The notes beneath the pieces are model-generated. The model saw nothing but the letters and a program-made list of their open reading frames with translations, had not been told where the DNA came from and did no database searches. A DNA stretch of 64,000 bases from Dimorphilus gyrociliatus. Taxonomy: Eukaryota > Animalia > Annelida. The translations under genes were made by a program, and so were the position numbers. Numbering within the stretch: position 1 is the first letter of the stretch; every line of letters begins with the position of its first letter. This document shows positions 1 through 12,997 of this stretch, piece by piece. The stretch covers positions 434,001 through 498,000 of the forward strand of contig CAJFCJ010000029.1 in NCBI GenBank assembly GCA_904063045.1, given 5' to 3'.

Positions 1-2951
1 TAGGTGAGATCAAACGGCTAATTACTGATACTTGAATGCTCGGCGTTCTTTCACGAGCTTTTTATCGACACTTACGGCCTGACAACTTACTCTGAAATTC
101 AACACGGTTAGTCAAAGCTTATAAAATAAGCGAATGCTTTCGACAAACATTGAAAGCGACAGGGCGTACGCAAATGCCGTTTTTGTCTTCCTTTTCAAGT
201 CGACTTAAACGTTACGCGCGGCTTTCTTCAATTAAAAAATGGTGTAACAGAGCGTCTCTCGAGATGGCGCTAGACGTCCGTCCAGTAAGTAGATTAAAAT
301 GAGAAAAACAAATTAGAAGCGGAAGATGAAGTTATCAAGAGGGAAGTTGGAAGTATGAAAAAGAACACGTGTTACCCATTCGACGCCAATTCGACGTCTG
401 CGCCGTATATCATAAAAAGGATATATGAGGGCATAAAACGGAGCCTAATCACTCCAACCCTCTTTCCTTCCTAGCTCTTAGGTTGGAAATTAGCGTGTAT
501 AGTGCACCGGAATGCGCAACGATGTCAGTACGGTGATAAGCGGCGATAAGCGTGACAAGCAGTCATAAATCAGCCGCTCGTGAATATGAAGGAAAGGTAC
601 TCAGATAAGAGGAGAGGAGGGGGAGATGGGCTGCGGGGCAAGTAGCAAGCTAGTCGGATAGCAGCTGTGTCTGAAAACACGCAGGTTGATTTGTTTAGAC
701 GTTGCCCCAGCTGACTTTCATCTTTGATGTATTATGGAGGGGAGGAGATGGGATAGGTGGAAAAGGGCCGAGGTAATGGTAAAAGAAAAATACATCTCTT
801 ACCAGATTTTTACTTTATAAATTTACCTTACGACGTAAAAAAAATGTATAAATTCTATTTTATATCAATCATTGCTGTATTCTGTATACTATTTATAATA
901 GTCGGAACTCCATTAGCTTATTAGATTAGATTCCTGAAGTTAATTTCGCAGATAATTCTTTGCGGGAGAGTTAAAATCATATCTTGTACGGCGCGCCAAC
1001 AGACGCGTTGCGTTATAAATGGACATAACCGCTCCCGACATCAACGCAATCTGACAACCATGAAGAGATGAAAGGGCTTCTGACAGATGCAAAAATACCG
1101 CGCTCTAGCAATATTCATCTTTCATTGCGTCGCTGAAAAACTACTCTGAATGTGTACTAAGTCGTAAAGCCATCATACTTTTCTGAAACGCAATGTGTAC
1201 ATGCTGCATATGTCACCTGAGCTTTAATTTACTATACCCTCATCACGCTAATACAGTACATACTAAATTGTGTGCATTCTCCCTTCAATCTTCTATTTAT
1301 TACCTTGTTACAGACTTTTATCCTTTCCCAAATAAATAAACGAGTGAAAATATACCGCATATAGCTGTAAAATAATATAAAAGCATGGAGAAAGGGGGAA
1401 AATGAAAGGGAATGAAAAATGACGTTCGCCGTCTCTTTCGTCTAAACAGAATCGACGTATCAATCAGCGTCGTTTGCGTCCGACCAACACAATTTGTGAC
1501 GAGTTGATTGACAAGCCGTCGTCGGAATGCCGCCTCGTTTCACTATGCTTCATTAATTTCACTACCGATGGCGACATCTGTCGATCAACGCTCTTATCTT
1601 GATGCAAAAATCTATTTGAGCGTTGAATGATTATCTCTTCCGGCTACAGATGGCGTTTTCAACGCCGATGAAATTCCTTTCCTCATTTCGACGATTTATG
1701 ATGAAAAGTTGTTTGGAAAAATTTTCTTCGTTCACGCGAGTGTGAATATGCATAAGTTGTGCCATTTCCCATTAGATAAAAAGCAATAGTGACGAAATAA
1801 CTCTTCGATATTGCGATGGGCGATTCCTCAAGAGATTTACGCCCGCTGACATCTTTCTGAATAGATAGTCTTAACATAAAAGTATTAGCTGATTTATATA
1901 AATATACGAAGAATTCGTAGATCCTTGATAGTTAGAAATTTTCATGAGATGTTGATTATCGGATAATTTCTCAACGTTTTATTTATGGCGCCATCTCTTG
2001 CCAATTTTCATATGAATAACTTGTCATGAAGGTGACTCTGATTAAAAAGTACGGTAATGAGTTACCGAAGTCTCTTTTTAATTGAAATAACCTAATAGGT
2101 ACTATGGTAACATTTTCCCCGAGCAGTATTACAAAAATTTTCTTACCTAATTATAGAAAGTTGTAAACAACTTTATAAAATATTAAGTGGCAACTACTAG
2201 AGACATCTGAAGTCGAGTTTCATCTAAACTTTATTCACTCCTAGTTTATATCATTAGACTTAATTGACTAGGCTGAAGACGATTTTATTAAAAATTACAA
2301 ATTTTCCTGTGATATAGTTTATTTTTACCATAATAACAATATTATAGCAGTTTTTAAGCCTTCTTTTAGCCATTTAATATAAAATATATAAGATTATTTA
2401 TTAATAAATAAATTACGATATTACATAAATCAATTTTACTGCACTATTACAGTTTCTCATAATCTTAATGCAAAAAGTTGAACTTTAGTTATTTATTCAA
2501 TCTATTTCAATGTTCAGTGGAGAAATTTTTCTCTTTTTTTTCTTTCATTCACACAAAAATTTCTTCTCTTAGATAAAGGATAATAAAAAGCCCCTTTTCC
2601 TATTATTCCTTTTTAAATGTTCTTCTAATGTAGTTTCTTCTCAAAATTACTTTTTGAATCAAAAAAGTACGTGACATATTAAATTTATAAAATCTTTATG
2701 AAATTAGATGAGAAAACTTAAAACATATTAAAAATTTTTGAACTTTGATTTATCTCTGTTAAAGTATTGCAAATGTCTTATCATGAAGGTACTAAAATAG
2801 AATTCTGATATCCAAAAGGGGAACATGACAATGAGATAAAAGGAAATGATTGAAATAAAATTCACAATATAGTCTTCTTATGATCTAGTATATCTTCTTT
2901 AGACATTTGATATTTGCATAGTTTTCATATATAATTACATTCACTATTTGC

Positions 2952-2961
2952 GGCCAATCAG
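2952..2961 (+). promoter_or_regulatory. CCAAT (NF-Y) box upstream of the melatonin-receptor-like gene
   Basis: GGCCAATCAG, a full NF-Y consensus, about 77 nt before the ATG at 3038. A similar GGCCAATCAG lies upstream of NCX near 29010. Confidence 0.4.
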
Positions 2962-3037
2962 AAATAGTTTCTCTAAGATGCTTCAATGAGAAAGAGGATC
3001 CGTGCTTCATTTTTCGCTTACATTTCATTAGGATACC

Positions 3038-4250
3038 ATGGATTTGTCATACTTTCTCCCAAATTCGTCAATTATTGGATCTGAATTTATTAATAAGAGA
3101 TCTGATATAGCGATTCCTTACATGATTATCATGGTTACTGCCATATTCGTTGGAACAGTTGGAAATATTTTGGCAATTGGGGCAGTCCTTATCAATAAGG
3201 TTGGTCAACGATTACTTTTTTCTACATATAAATCATAAAGGCTTTTTAATTTTCAATGACAACTATTAGCATCTGAAAACCATTGGTAATATTTTTATTG
3301 TGAATCTGGCTATAGCCGATTTATCGGTTTCCGGTTTTGTAAACGTATTCAGCATTATCGGTCTTGTATATGGAGAAAAATGGTTTTTGGAAAGAAAAGG
3401 CATTTGTGAAGCTGTAGGCTCAATATGTCTAACAGCATGTCTCGCTTCTCTACTTTCTATTGGCGCCATTAGCCTTAATAGATATTTTCATATCGTGCAA
3501 AGAAATTTGCACAATAAGTTAGCATGAATTGTATTTATCCTTATATTACCTCTAAGACTTATGTATTGTATACTTTACAGAATTTATACTCTACGAAATA
3601 CAATTGGAATGATTATACTTCTGTGGACAATATGCTTCCTGCTTGAAATGCCTAATTTTGACTTTATAAACTGGAACAATCATTCCTTTGACAAGAAGTC
3701 AATGACCTGTTTATGGGATAGGACGTATGCCCATTCTTATTCGATTTTTTTCATTACTGTTGGCGTTGTTTTTCCTATAATTTTGATTGCTTTTTGCTAT
3801 TTGAAAATATTTCTTCATGTTAGACAAGCAAAGAGAAGAATCATGGCTGCAAAAAAAGGACAGGAAGCAGTTGAAAGTGCTTCTGCAGAGAGAGAAAAAA
3901 GAAATTCAATGCGCTTAGCAAGGACACTATTTGTTATCTTTGTTGTCTTTGCTTCATGCTGGCTACCGTATGGAGCTGTAATTCTTTACGATAAAGATGA
4001 TAAATTACCTCTTGAAGTTCATGTTTTTGTATTAATTATTGCTCACTTCAATTCTAGTTGTAACAGTATTCTTTATGGAGTTATGAACAAACACTTTCGT
4101 CAATCATATGTCCAATTGTTGGGAATACACCACTTGGCATATCATATGTGTAAAGTGCGAATGTATTCATACAAACACGAGGAAAGAGATGCTCAATCAA
4201 CAGTTATGACAAATAATAAGATATCTCAAAAGACTTTTATAAAATCGTAA
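3038..4250 (+). CDS. Class A GPCR, melatonin-receptor-like; exons 3038-3199, 3270-3517, 3581-4250
   Basis: Three ORF fragments join in frame through GT-AG introns of 70 and 63 nt. Seven hydrophobic segments, NLAIAD in TM2, NRY instead of DRY after TM3, CWLP in TM6 and NSSCNSILYGVMNKHFRQSY in TM7, all resembling MTNR1-type receptors. Ligand not established. Confidence 0.85.
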
Positions 4251-5513
4251 AGCAGAGATCAATTGAGAGAATTTATGTTGTGTTTCAATTAAAACACATG
4301 TCAAAGATAATTACTATGTACGTGTATAAAGGAACATAATTTGTTGTCATTAAAAGCACACTTAATAAGTGAATTGTTTAAATAAAAATCAGCTCTTATA
4401 CTATTTATAAGATTTTATTAGAGATTTTAATTTTAAAATGAACTGTTTATCATTAGAAGTTTCTACAATGGATTATCAAATACGATAACTTTTGATTAGA
4501 TTAGCGTTGATTTTATCATTCATATTAAATATTATAGCCCTACAGCTTAAGTTAGACCTCTACTACCGATAGGGTTGTGATATTCATTCAATTGTGAGCA
4601 GCTACAAGAGAAAACGACGCTCAATAAACCTCTTTTATAAATTTTATATGATCTACACAGAAGATAAAGAGTAGAGTAAAAAAATTACATTTTTCCAATT
4701 GAAGTATTATAGGTAAGTCTATTTTCTTGCAAGAGAGAGAGAGTGTAAAGTTACCTGAATTTGTATATTTGCTTTTGTTAAGTAGTATGATATAGTTGTT
4801 TTCTTAATAAAGGAGATGTGGATTCCAATATTGAAAGATATATGATAAGTTAAATTACAAGCTATTTAAAATAATATACTTTAAAATAAACTGTTCGTGG
4901 ATAGATTTACAATATGCAATTAATTTACAGCCCAACAGGATTTTCAAAAAAGCCTGGCACAAGTTCGGCCTCTTTTTAAACCTTTTCTGATGAGCTAAAA
5001 ATGTCGTTACTGTTTGTCAACAGAAAGTAAGTACTTAGTAATTTCCTTCATCTTCCTATAATGTGTAACAAAACAATATTGAAATATCTACTATGGTGTT
5101 ATTGATTTCATTCTACATTTTCCACTCAGATATATTAGAACGTGACTGATTTTTTTTTTTTATTATTTATTTTATGTACTTTAATGATTAATTAGAACAA
5201 TGTACATAGTTTGCGAGATTTTTGGTTACGTTAAAATCATTACAGTTACTGGAAAATAGGCTTTTACTACAAAAATATATTTTTAATGTTAGAATTCAAT
5301 GAGACGGTATAAACTCGCTTTTTTAAAATGCATCGATTATGCGTTAACAAGACGAACAAGCAGCATCAAGAGGCTTGTGTCTATTCTGAACATAGCAAAT
5401 TTCCTTTTCATTAAAGAAATAGATAATGAATGTTTCTATTGATCTACTGCTGCTTTCTCATCCGAAATTCATTTTTATACTTTCTAAACACATCATTCTT
5501 ATATTTTTCATTA

Positions 5514-6764
5514 ATGTACAGAAACCTAACTGCTACATTATTTGGATTATGTTTTCTTACGTCTGTTTTTATTATCATTTATGATAATGTTGGATTAGGC
5601 TCAGTTATTAGGAGAGATAGCATTCAAGAGTCGTTTTCTACTTTCTACAACCCATTCCATATTTTATCCGAAGTAAACTGCCTTCAGAGAATGATGGTAG
5701 GGGAAAAAGAAGTAACTACTGTAAATATAAGGAATGCTAGTATTCCTGAGAAGAGTTATACACAATCAGATGAACATTTTTTACAGTTTTTAAGAAGAAT
5801 AGGATGTTCTAATTTTCGAAAATTACGAAACTATCATAATAAACCAAAAACTGAAGAAGAAAGAGATTTTCCTATTGCCTATGGCATATTAGCACATCAT
5901 AATATATTTCAAGTGGAGCTATTATTAAAATCTATCTATGAACCTCAAAATTTGTATGTTATACATGTGGATAAAAAATCACCCGAGGTAGTCCACGATG
6001 CTGCCTATTACTTGGCTTCTTGCTTTAATAATGTTCATTTTTTAAACCAGACTACTGTAGTCTATGCTAGTATTTTACGTCTTCGGGCAGATTTAAACTG
6101 CATGAAGTTTGCCTTGAATCAGACCATTCCTTGGAACTACTATATTAATTTAGTTGGGGAGATGATGCCAGTGAAATCTAATAATTATTTTGTAGATTAT
6201 CTAAAGAAATTAAATGGAAAAAATTTTATTGAAATTTTAAATGGTAGATCACTTGTTAAAACTCGAACAAGGAAAAAATATATTATTAGCAATGTAAACA
6301 AGACACTTTTTATAAAGAGAACAAAACACTACAAAAAACACGTTCCCTTAAACATTACATTATTTAAGGGTTTAGCTTTAGGAATTTTCTCACGACCTTT
6401 TTTAAATTTCGTTATGAGTAATAAAAATGTCTCTATATTTCTTGAATGGCTTAACGATACATACAGTCCAGATGAAACTTTATGGGCAACGCTTAATGCA
6501 GGAAAAATAAATGGACACATCTTTAATGCTCCCTCCATAGAAAGGGATGAAAAGTTTCAAGGAAAGTCTCATGTATATGTAAAATGGATGTACGATAAGA
6601 AACAGAAATGCTATAGCAATCATATAATACGAAAAATATGCATACTTGGACTTCAAGATCTCATAAAGCCTATAACATCCAATATGAGTTTGTTTATCAA
6701 TAAAGTTCGTATAGACATTGATCCAATTCCGGTTTATTGCTTAGCCAATAAATTTCTGACATAG
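5514..6764 (+). CDS. GCNT: Beta-1,6-N-acetylglucosaminyltransferase (core-2/I-branching, GT14/Branch family), single coding exon
   Basis: N-terminal signal anchor followed by FPIAYGILAH, IYEPQNLYVIHVDKKS, RLRADLNC, YYINL and catalytic-region YSPDETLWATL. Start placed at ATG 5514 (MYRN); the ORF track starts at 5430. Confidence 0.9.
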   Translation: MYRNLTATLFGLCFLTSVFIIIYDNVGLGSVIRRDSIQESFSTFYNPFHILSEVNCLQRMMVGEKEVTTVNIRNASIPEKSYTQSDEHFLQFLRRIGCSNFRKLRNYHNKPKTEEERDFPIAYGILAHHNIFQVELLLKSIYEPQNLYVIHVDKKSPEVVHDAAYYLASCFNNVHFLNQTTVVYASILRLRADLNCMKFALNQTIPWNYYINLVGEMMPVKSNNYFVDYLKKLNGKNFIEILNGRSLVKTRTRKKYIISNVNKTLFIKRTKHYKKHVPLNITLFKGLALGIFSRPFLNFVMSNKNVSIFLEWLNDTYSPDETLWATLNAGKINGHIFNAPSIERDEKFQGKSHVYVKWMYDKKQKCYSNHIIRKICILGLQDLIKPITSNMSLFINKVRIDIDPIPVYCLANKFLT

Positions 6765-9336
6765 CCTAGTAAAGTTAAAGAGTTGATACTTTCAAATATA
6801 AGACTCACAAGAGAAGGTTGTCATATATTTTCCTTGGGAAATATTTCTTTACTTGTTTTAAACCAATTTTTCTATTTAATTAAAAGTTAAACATTAATAT
6901 GTTTTAATTAAATTAATTTTTTACAATAAATCGATAGTCAATATGTGTTTTTTGCTTGTCATTTTCCTTTTCTCACACATTTATTTGCAATTTAATGCTA
7001 GTTCTGTATGAAATGTTATGTTTTACAAAAAGTGTTTGTTGTAAAATAATTTATGTTTAAACACTTCTATGCTGAAGAAAGATAATAAGCTACCGCCATC
7101 TATCTTCTTATAATGAATTAATTATAAATCAGGATACCTCTATGCATGGTATTTATTTTCAGAAAAAATTCTTTATTTATTAAGGATGCAAATGAATAGA
7201 CAGGATTGAAAAGTACATATAGCTTTGTTTGTTTATAGAGACTCTGAAATTTTTTAGGAAACTTGGAGTTGTATAACGATTCTAAGACGTACTCTTCATT
7301 GAATCCAATTTTCATACAATTTTGCAATTCAAAGGTTATCATTTATAAGATGGATACTGTTGGAATACTGTCACTGGAATGCTAAATACAAAATATCTAT
7401 TTTGTTATTTTGTCAGAAAAACTGGAGATATAAGTCAATTCCAGTGGTCAAAAAACTTTCTTTTTGCGATGTTGTTTCATTGGAGAGCCCCAATTGAAAC
7501 CGTAGTTCTAAAAAAGTATTTGAGCTAATCACGAATATCTACAATAAACAAAATATAATTACTACCTAAAATTTGTTATCTATTCAGTCATAAAAATCAT
7601 AAAATACCCTAAGCTGATTGGCTAAACTACATAAACTATTACTTAACATTGTGGGAGCTTAGTGTTTAGGCAATACTAGTAGATTCGCCTACCACGGCTC
7701 TCTTATATTAATTTATTTATTGTATGTACAACTATATATACTGTATATAGCTTAGTGAATTACGACGATTTTCCTATTCAGTTATAACTATAGTCATAAT
7801 AACGTTAATGTTTTAGTTATTGAATAGCTTAAAGAAAAAATATTATTAATGTTTGCAATAAAAACTAATTCATATAATAATGAAAAGACTAAGATTTTAA
7901 TTACTATTCCATTATTTTCTTCCCCAGGCGGTTTATGCTTAATTTTAAGGCGTCATTAGTACTTTTAAAAAAAAGGATAGCTAGATTTTCGTCCTTTATT
8001 TAGCTCATTGATTGAGGTACAGAATAGCGAAACGAGATAATTTAACTAGTCATTGTATAGTAATTTAAGCAAGAAATAGAAAGAAGATATCAGCAATTTT
8101 TGTCTAAATTAAAATAAGAAAAATATATGCTGTACCAATTTCATTTTTGACATTTACTGAGATCTTTCATAGGTTTCATTAAATATTTATATATATTCTA
8201 AACATCTAAGTAAAATTTGAATAGAAAGATCACCAGTATCATCTTTATTCTAAGCTAACGATAGCTTGTCAATATATCAAATATTTGCAAAATAGATAAT
8301 AACATCCGTCTTATAAATTCTGTGTTTTTTTAAAGCGAAATGGCTTCTATAAATAGCAAAATGTTTATTTTTAGTTCTTTTATAATTTACATCTACATCT
8401 TTTTTGTATATATTGTATATAGTGTATATAATATTTACAAGATCGCTAAATATCGTATAAACAATATTTTAAAGTGTAAGTTATTGAATATATCAACATA
8501 TATACATGTATATATAACTTTGAGTTCATTCATTTTTATTTCATGTATATACTTAATTAGTGCAAATTTAAGCTTCATAATTATTACTCTTTGTCTTTTT
8601 TGTCTTTTTTATCCTTCACTAAAATTTATAGAAATCAAAACTTTTATATAATAATAAAGATTTTATCCGTTATATCTAGAGCTAAAACACTGTGTATTGA
8701 ATGATTTGTTTTAATTGATTAATACGCATTTTTCAGCAACAGAAGCTACTCGGAGTTTATTTTTTAATAGAAGCGATAAAAATAAAATCATTCAAGTAAT
8801 ATTAAAATTCATCGCAAAAAAATACTACAAGGATCAGAGTTGAATAGCAAAATACGATTACATTAAAGACATGAATTCAGCAACATTTGAACATTGAATA
8901 CAAAGCATTGTTTTGTTTTTCTTTTTCCTTTTGGAGTCTAAACAAAGTTAAAAGAAAAAAATTAACTGGAATTTATCTTTCAGAAAGATTCCTTGGACAT
9001 TGCAGATTGAAGAAGAAAAGAAAACATAGCAGAAAAGTATATATAAATAGAAAGAATTATTGAACTGATGACAATATCTTTTCTTCAATAAGTAGTCACA
9101 CAAAAAATACATATACAATGTAAATATATACATAGCTTTCATAAGATACTTCTGGAAAGGGGCAAGTGCGTAGAATAAAGTTTGTTTTGATTTTTTTTTA
9201 ATTTTTTTTCAAGTTTCGTTCAAGAGAATCAGAAAAATCCTTTTTTTAGTTCTTTTTTTTTTAGGTAAAAGAATGCAGGGAAAAAATTTAGCTAGAGTAT
9301 GCTTCACATCGCATTCCACAATATTTTTTAGCACTT

Positions 9337-9729
9337 TTAGGTATGCAGATAGTTACAACCTATCCCTTTGCATAACTTGCATTCGCAAGTATCTGCTACG
9401 TATAAATACATAAAAGGATCAGGATGGTTTGGATCACAATCCAAAAGCTTTACTTTTTTCAAAGTTTTACGACCATACGAACAAACAGAATGATTCCATT
9501 GAAAATCTGGTATATCCCATGTATCACATCTTCCCCAGCATATTGGAACTTGAATCGTATGGCGGCACTTAAGGACGGATGTTGCGTTAATTTTCAAATC
9601 TTTGTTCAAATTCATTTTGTGACTACTATTGAAACATCCAAATTCCGTTCCCTTTCTTGATTTCTCGTCGGCCTTTACCATATAAAAAATTGCTAAAAGA
9701 AGGAAAAGTTTGGTCCATAGTAGAGTCAT
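9337..9729 (-). CDS. GPB5: Glycoprotein hormone beta-5 (thyrostimulin beta), intronless CDS, 130 aa
   Basis: Signal peptide MTLLWTKLFLLLAIFYMVKA and 10 cysteines in cystine-knot spacing, including CWGRCDTW, NHSVC and CECKLC...C. Confidence 0.88.
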   Translation of the reverse strand: MTLLWTKLFLLLAIFYMVKADEKSRKGTEFGCFNSSHKMNLNKDLKINATSVLKCRHTIQVPICWGRCDTWDIPDFQWNHSVCSYGRKTLKKVKLLDCDPNHPDPFMYLYVADTCECKLCKGIGCNYLHT

Positions 9730-10025
9730 TGCTTCCACAAAAGTGTCTTCAATCCCTATAAATTCTATCTGTGGAGGCGTCAGCATGACAAAAACGGCGC
9801 CATCTATTGAACGCAACGCTAAAATATGCAAATTTTTTCGCTCTTTCCCACCATAAATGGCATTAAAACGGTTAATAAAGTATTATCAATTTAATATTTA
9901 TCAATTCCAAGTTCATTTATTACATAATTGATATATAACTAAACTATTTACTTTTATTTAATATGTAAACACAATGAATATAGATGACAGACCATTAGGA
10001 AAGTTACACACAATTGAATTTATTT

Positions 10026-10961
10026 TTACCACAACTCTCCTTTACACATTGAACACTGACAAACTGTAGCCGACGTAAATCTAAACTTTCTAAGACCATT
10101 ATGGCACCATGTAGTCATATAAACGTCTTCAGTTTGGAGAGCGGTACAACATGAAGCTTTTGACTCGAGTTTTTCTGTTTTAGAATTAGGTGAATTAAAT
10201 GGTATTGGTAGTGTATAGCTTTCGCAATGTCCTCGGCAAGCATTTAATTGAACTCTAAACCGAACACAACCTCCAATTTCAATTAGTCTAGTGTGACCTG
10301 TAAAAAAAAAGAGGAAATTTTTAACTCTCCAGCGTCCTCTAAAATTAGAGTCGACTTTCACGTCGAATCCTTTAAATGATAGAATATTCTACACAATTAT
10401 CAGTCTTTAGCTGTTTGGACAGCTTTTAATATTTTCATCAACAAAAGAAAGTCTATACTTAACTCTCACTTCAGGAAAGCATCAAAACTCCTTCTCAAGT
10501 TTCAGTACAAGTATATAGAATAAATGAACGAGTAAACTACTTTTGACTTGATTTATATTTTATTAATCGTTGTTGTTTTAACTTATCCATAGGCCTAGTG
10601 GAGTTCTAGAACTGACGCTAACGAGACTCACGCATTGAACGTCTACAGCTAGCTGTTAGAGTATTTTTTCTTAATTGTCGAGCTTGGGGAGTAATAATTT
10701 TAAATTATGCTCAAAGTCCATAAAACGCTATTCAAATGATAGTAAAAACAATCTCTTTTCCATCGTTTATCATCAAAAATAGTTTCATTGAGAATACATT
10801 ACTTTACCTTATATGTACTGTTCTAGCCTTAAAATTTACTTTGTTAAACAATTTTTCAAAAATTGGAACAAACCCAATCTATGACAGCCAACTTTCTGCC
10901 ATGCTTTCTGGGAAAAAGTAAAGGGAAGAAGGATAAAAACGATATATAAGACTTTCATCAT
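10026..10961 (-). CDS. GPA2: Glycoprotein hormone alpha-2 (thyrostimulin alpha); exons 10961-10874 and 10297-10026, 119 aa
   Basis: Signal peptide plus WQKVGCHRLG joins HTRLIEIGGC...NACRGHCES...SCC...CQCSMC across a 576-nt phase-1 GT-AG intron; 10 cysteines typical of GPA2. Confidence 0.9.
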
Positions 10962-12997
10962 CTCGTCGACGTTGCGCCGCACCGAATGGCGTCGATAAAT
11001 ATACTGCACGCTTAATAGACAGATACATGGATTTATGGTTGTCGTTAGAATTTTTGTTTCTCGACTGTTTAAAGAATACAAATTTTTTACTCATTATTCT
11101 TAAAGAAAAAATTTATTATAAAAGTATAAAGGAACTTGAATCTATACAAACTGATGTATATAACGTAAAAAAAATAACAGTCAACTTAAAAACGCATAAC
11201 ATTTTTTTATGAAAAGATAAACGCTTCTAAATGCGCATATTAAAGATAAACGCATGTACATAGCATGCGTATGTCTTCAAATTTGTTTACATGGTGATAA
11301 ATCTGCTGAAATGAATATAATATATACATATATATATATACAGTATATATGTATATGGATAAATTTTCTCTTTGTTAGAGTATATATTGGTAGACTAGTA
11401 ATTCTTCTTTTTAACTAAAAAGAAAAAAAAACACATCTCTTTATTTTATTTGCTGTCTTTATTACGTGTATACTCTGTGAAGAACGGTGTTTATTTTTAG
11501 AAAATTATTTATTATGTTTGGCTGTATCTTGCTAATTAATGTATCTGTAGTACTTTTGTGAAGGAAATTAAGTCAATTTCATTACAACTATTTGGAATTG
11601 GCAATCTTATTTACTTTTCTAAAAGTATCCTTCGGTCAAAAATATACATATATCATTTATGCAATATACTAATATATTAGTATATACAACTTTTTTGAGA
11701 TTCAAATGATTATATTAAATATATATTTAATGGATATTTAATCAATTAAATGACTCATAAAGAAAGACACAACTCACAACGTCGGTAAACTATCAAGATA
11801 TTTAAGTTTATTAAATAATTAACTGGTTATTTTAGTTGGTAACATTAAGGAGATCTGCTATAATAAATCTATAGTACTTCAAAGTATTGTCTCCTCCGGT
11901 GCAACCTAATTTTACCTGTAATAATTAGCTATATAGACGAATTTCAAGGAAAAACCTATTAAGAAGTCACAACCGAGCGAGGTATGCTGATTCGATGAAT
12001 ATGATTTTAAAAAAAAACTTTGTTATAAAAATAAAACCAAAAAAAAGATAAAAACTTTTCACTTATTATTATAAAAAAAGGATGAAAATTAAAGGAAAGT
12101 TTATTATGAAAATAGTAACAAAACTAAAAAAAAGAGAGAGAGAGAGAGAAAGAGACAATTATAAAGAAAGAAGAAAGCTAGATGGTAAAAGAAATAAAGA
12201 CAAAAAAATTAACAATTGTATCTTTTTATATATTAAGAAGAAAAAATTAAAAATTAAAAGAACCCTAGTTTTTCTTTTAGTAAAATGGAAATCGAAAGGG
12301 ATTGTATAAAAATAAATCATCGTCATTTTTTATCTAAGCCTAGAATATATCGACAGAAGAAAAAATAGTTTTTAAATACATATTCAAATACATAAAAACG
12401 TATTGTACCAGAACATCTTTTTTTATATAAATGCATGGTTAATTTAATATATTTGGGTGCGTGAAACACCTAATATAGGCTTTAAATATATTTATTTATT
12501 ATTTTCATATACGGCTAACCTTTTTATACTGACTGCCTTGTTCTTCAATTGTGCTTTCTACCCTACCGATATTGACATAATTTTCGTTCAATAAATATAA
12601 TATTCCTCTCGGATAATTTTTTCAACAGTTTCCTAAATATAGACCTACATGTATATAATTTAAGCAGATAATTATTAATAGCTTTAATATTTATTTATTT
12701 TTTTAAGCCCAGATAATCAAATAGAACATTAGCTTATGTTGAGTAACCGAAAACAGGACAATTTTTAAAAATGAAAAACAAAAAAAACAACCTCCTTTAA
12801 ATCATTTTTATCTGTTTACTAAGTATAAACACAAATTTTTGTGTGATCACGTAAACTCCAAGTGTTTAGGTTCGTGTATATATAATAACGCCATCTACTG
12901 GAAGATATTCAACAAATATTTTTTCGCAATCGGTGAACCGAGACCCTTTTATTGTTGAATCGAATGACTTAGTAGGCGTGTTTCTGAACAGCGAAAA

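Noticed and set aside
1683-1877. 64-aa minus-strand ORF and CpG-rich sequence at 900-1900
   Set aside because: No recognisable domain or splice partners; more consistent with regulatory DNA.
7100-7560. Exon-like, moderately complex sequence after a CTCF-like site, including ORF 7118-7342
   Set aside because: Every frame and splice combination I tried on both strands hit stops or needed introns under 40 nt; no family resemblance.
8340-9142. ORFs 8340-8651 and 8948-9142 rich in I/Y/F
   Set aside because: Translation artefacts of AT-rich low-complexity DNA.
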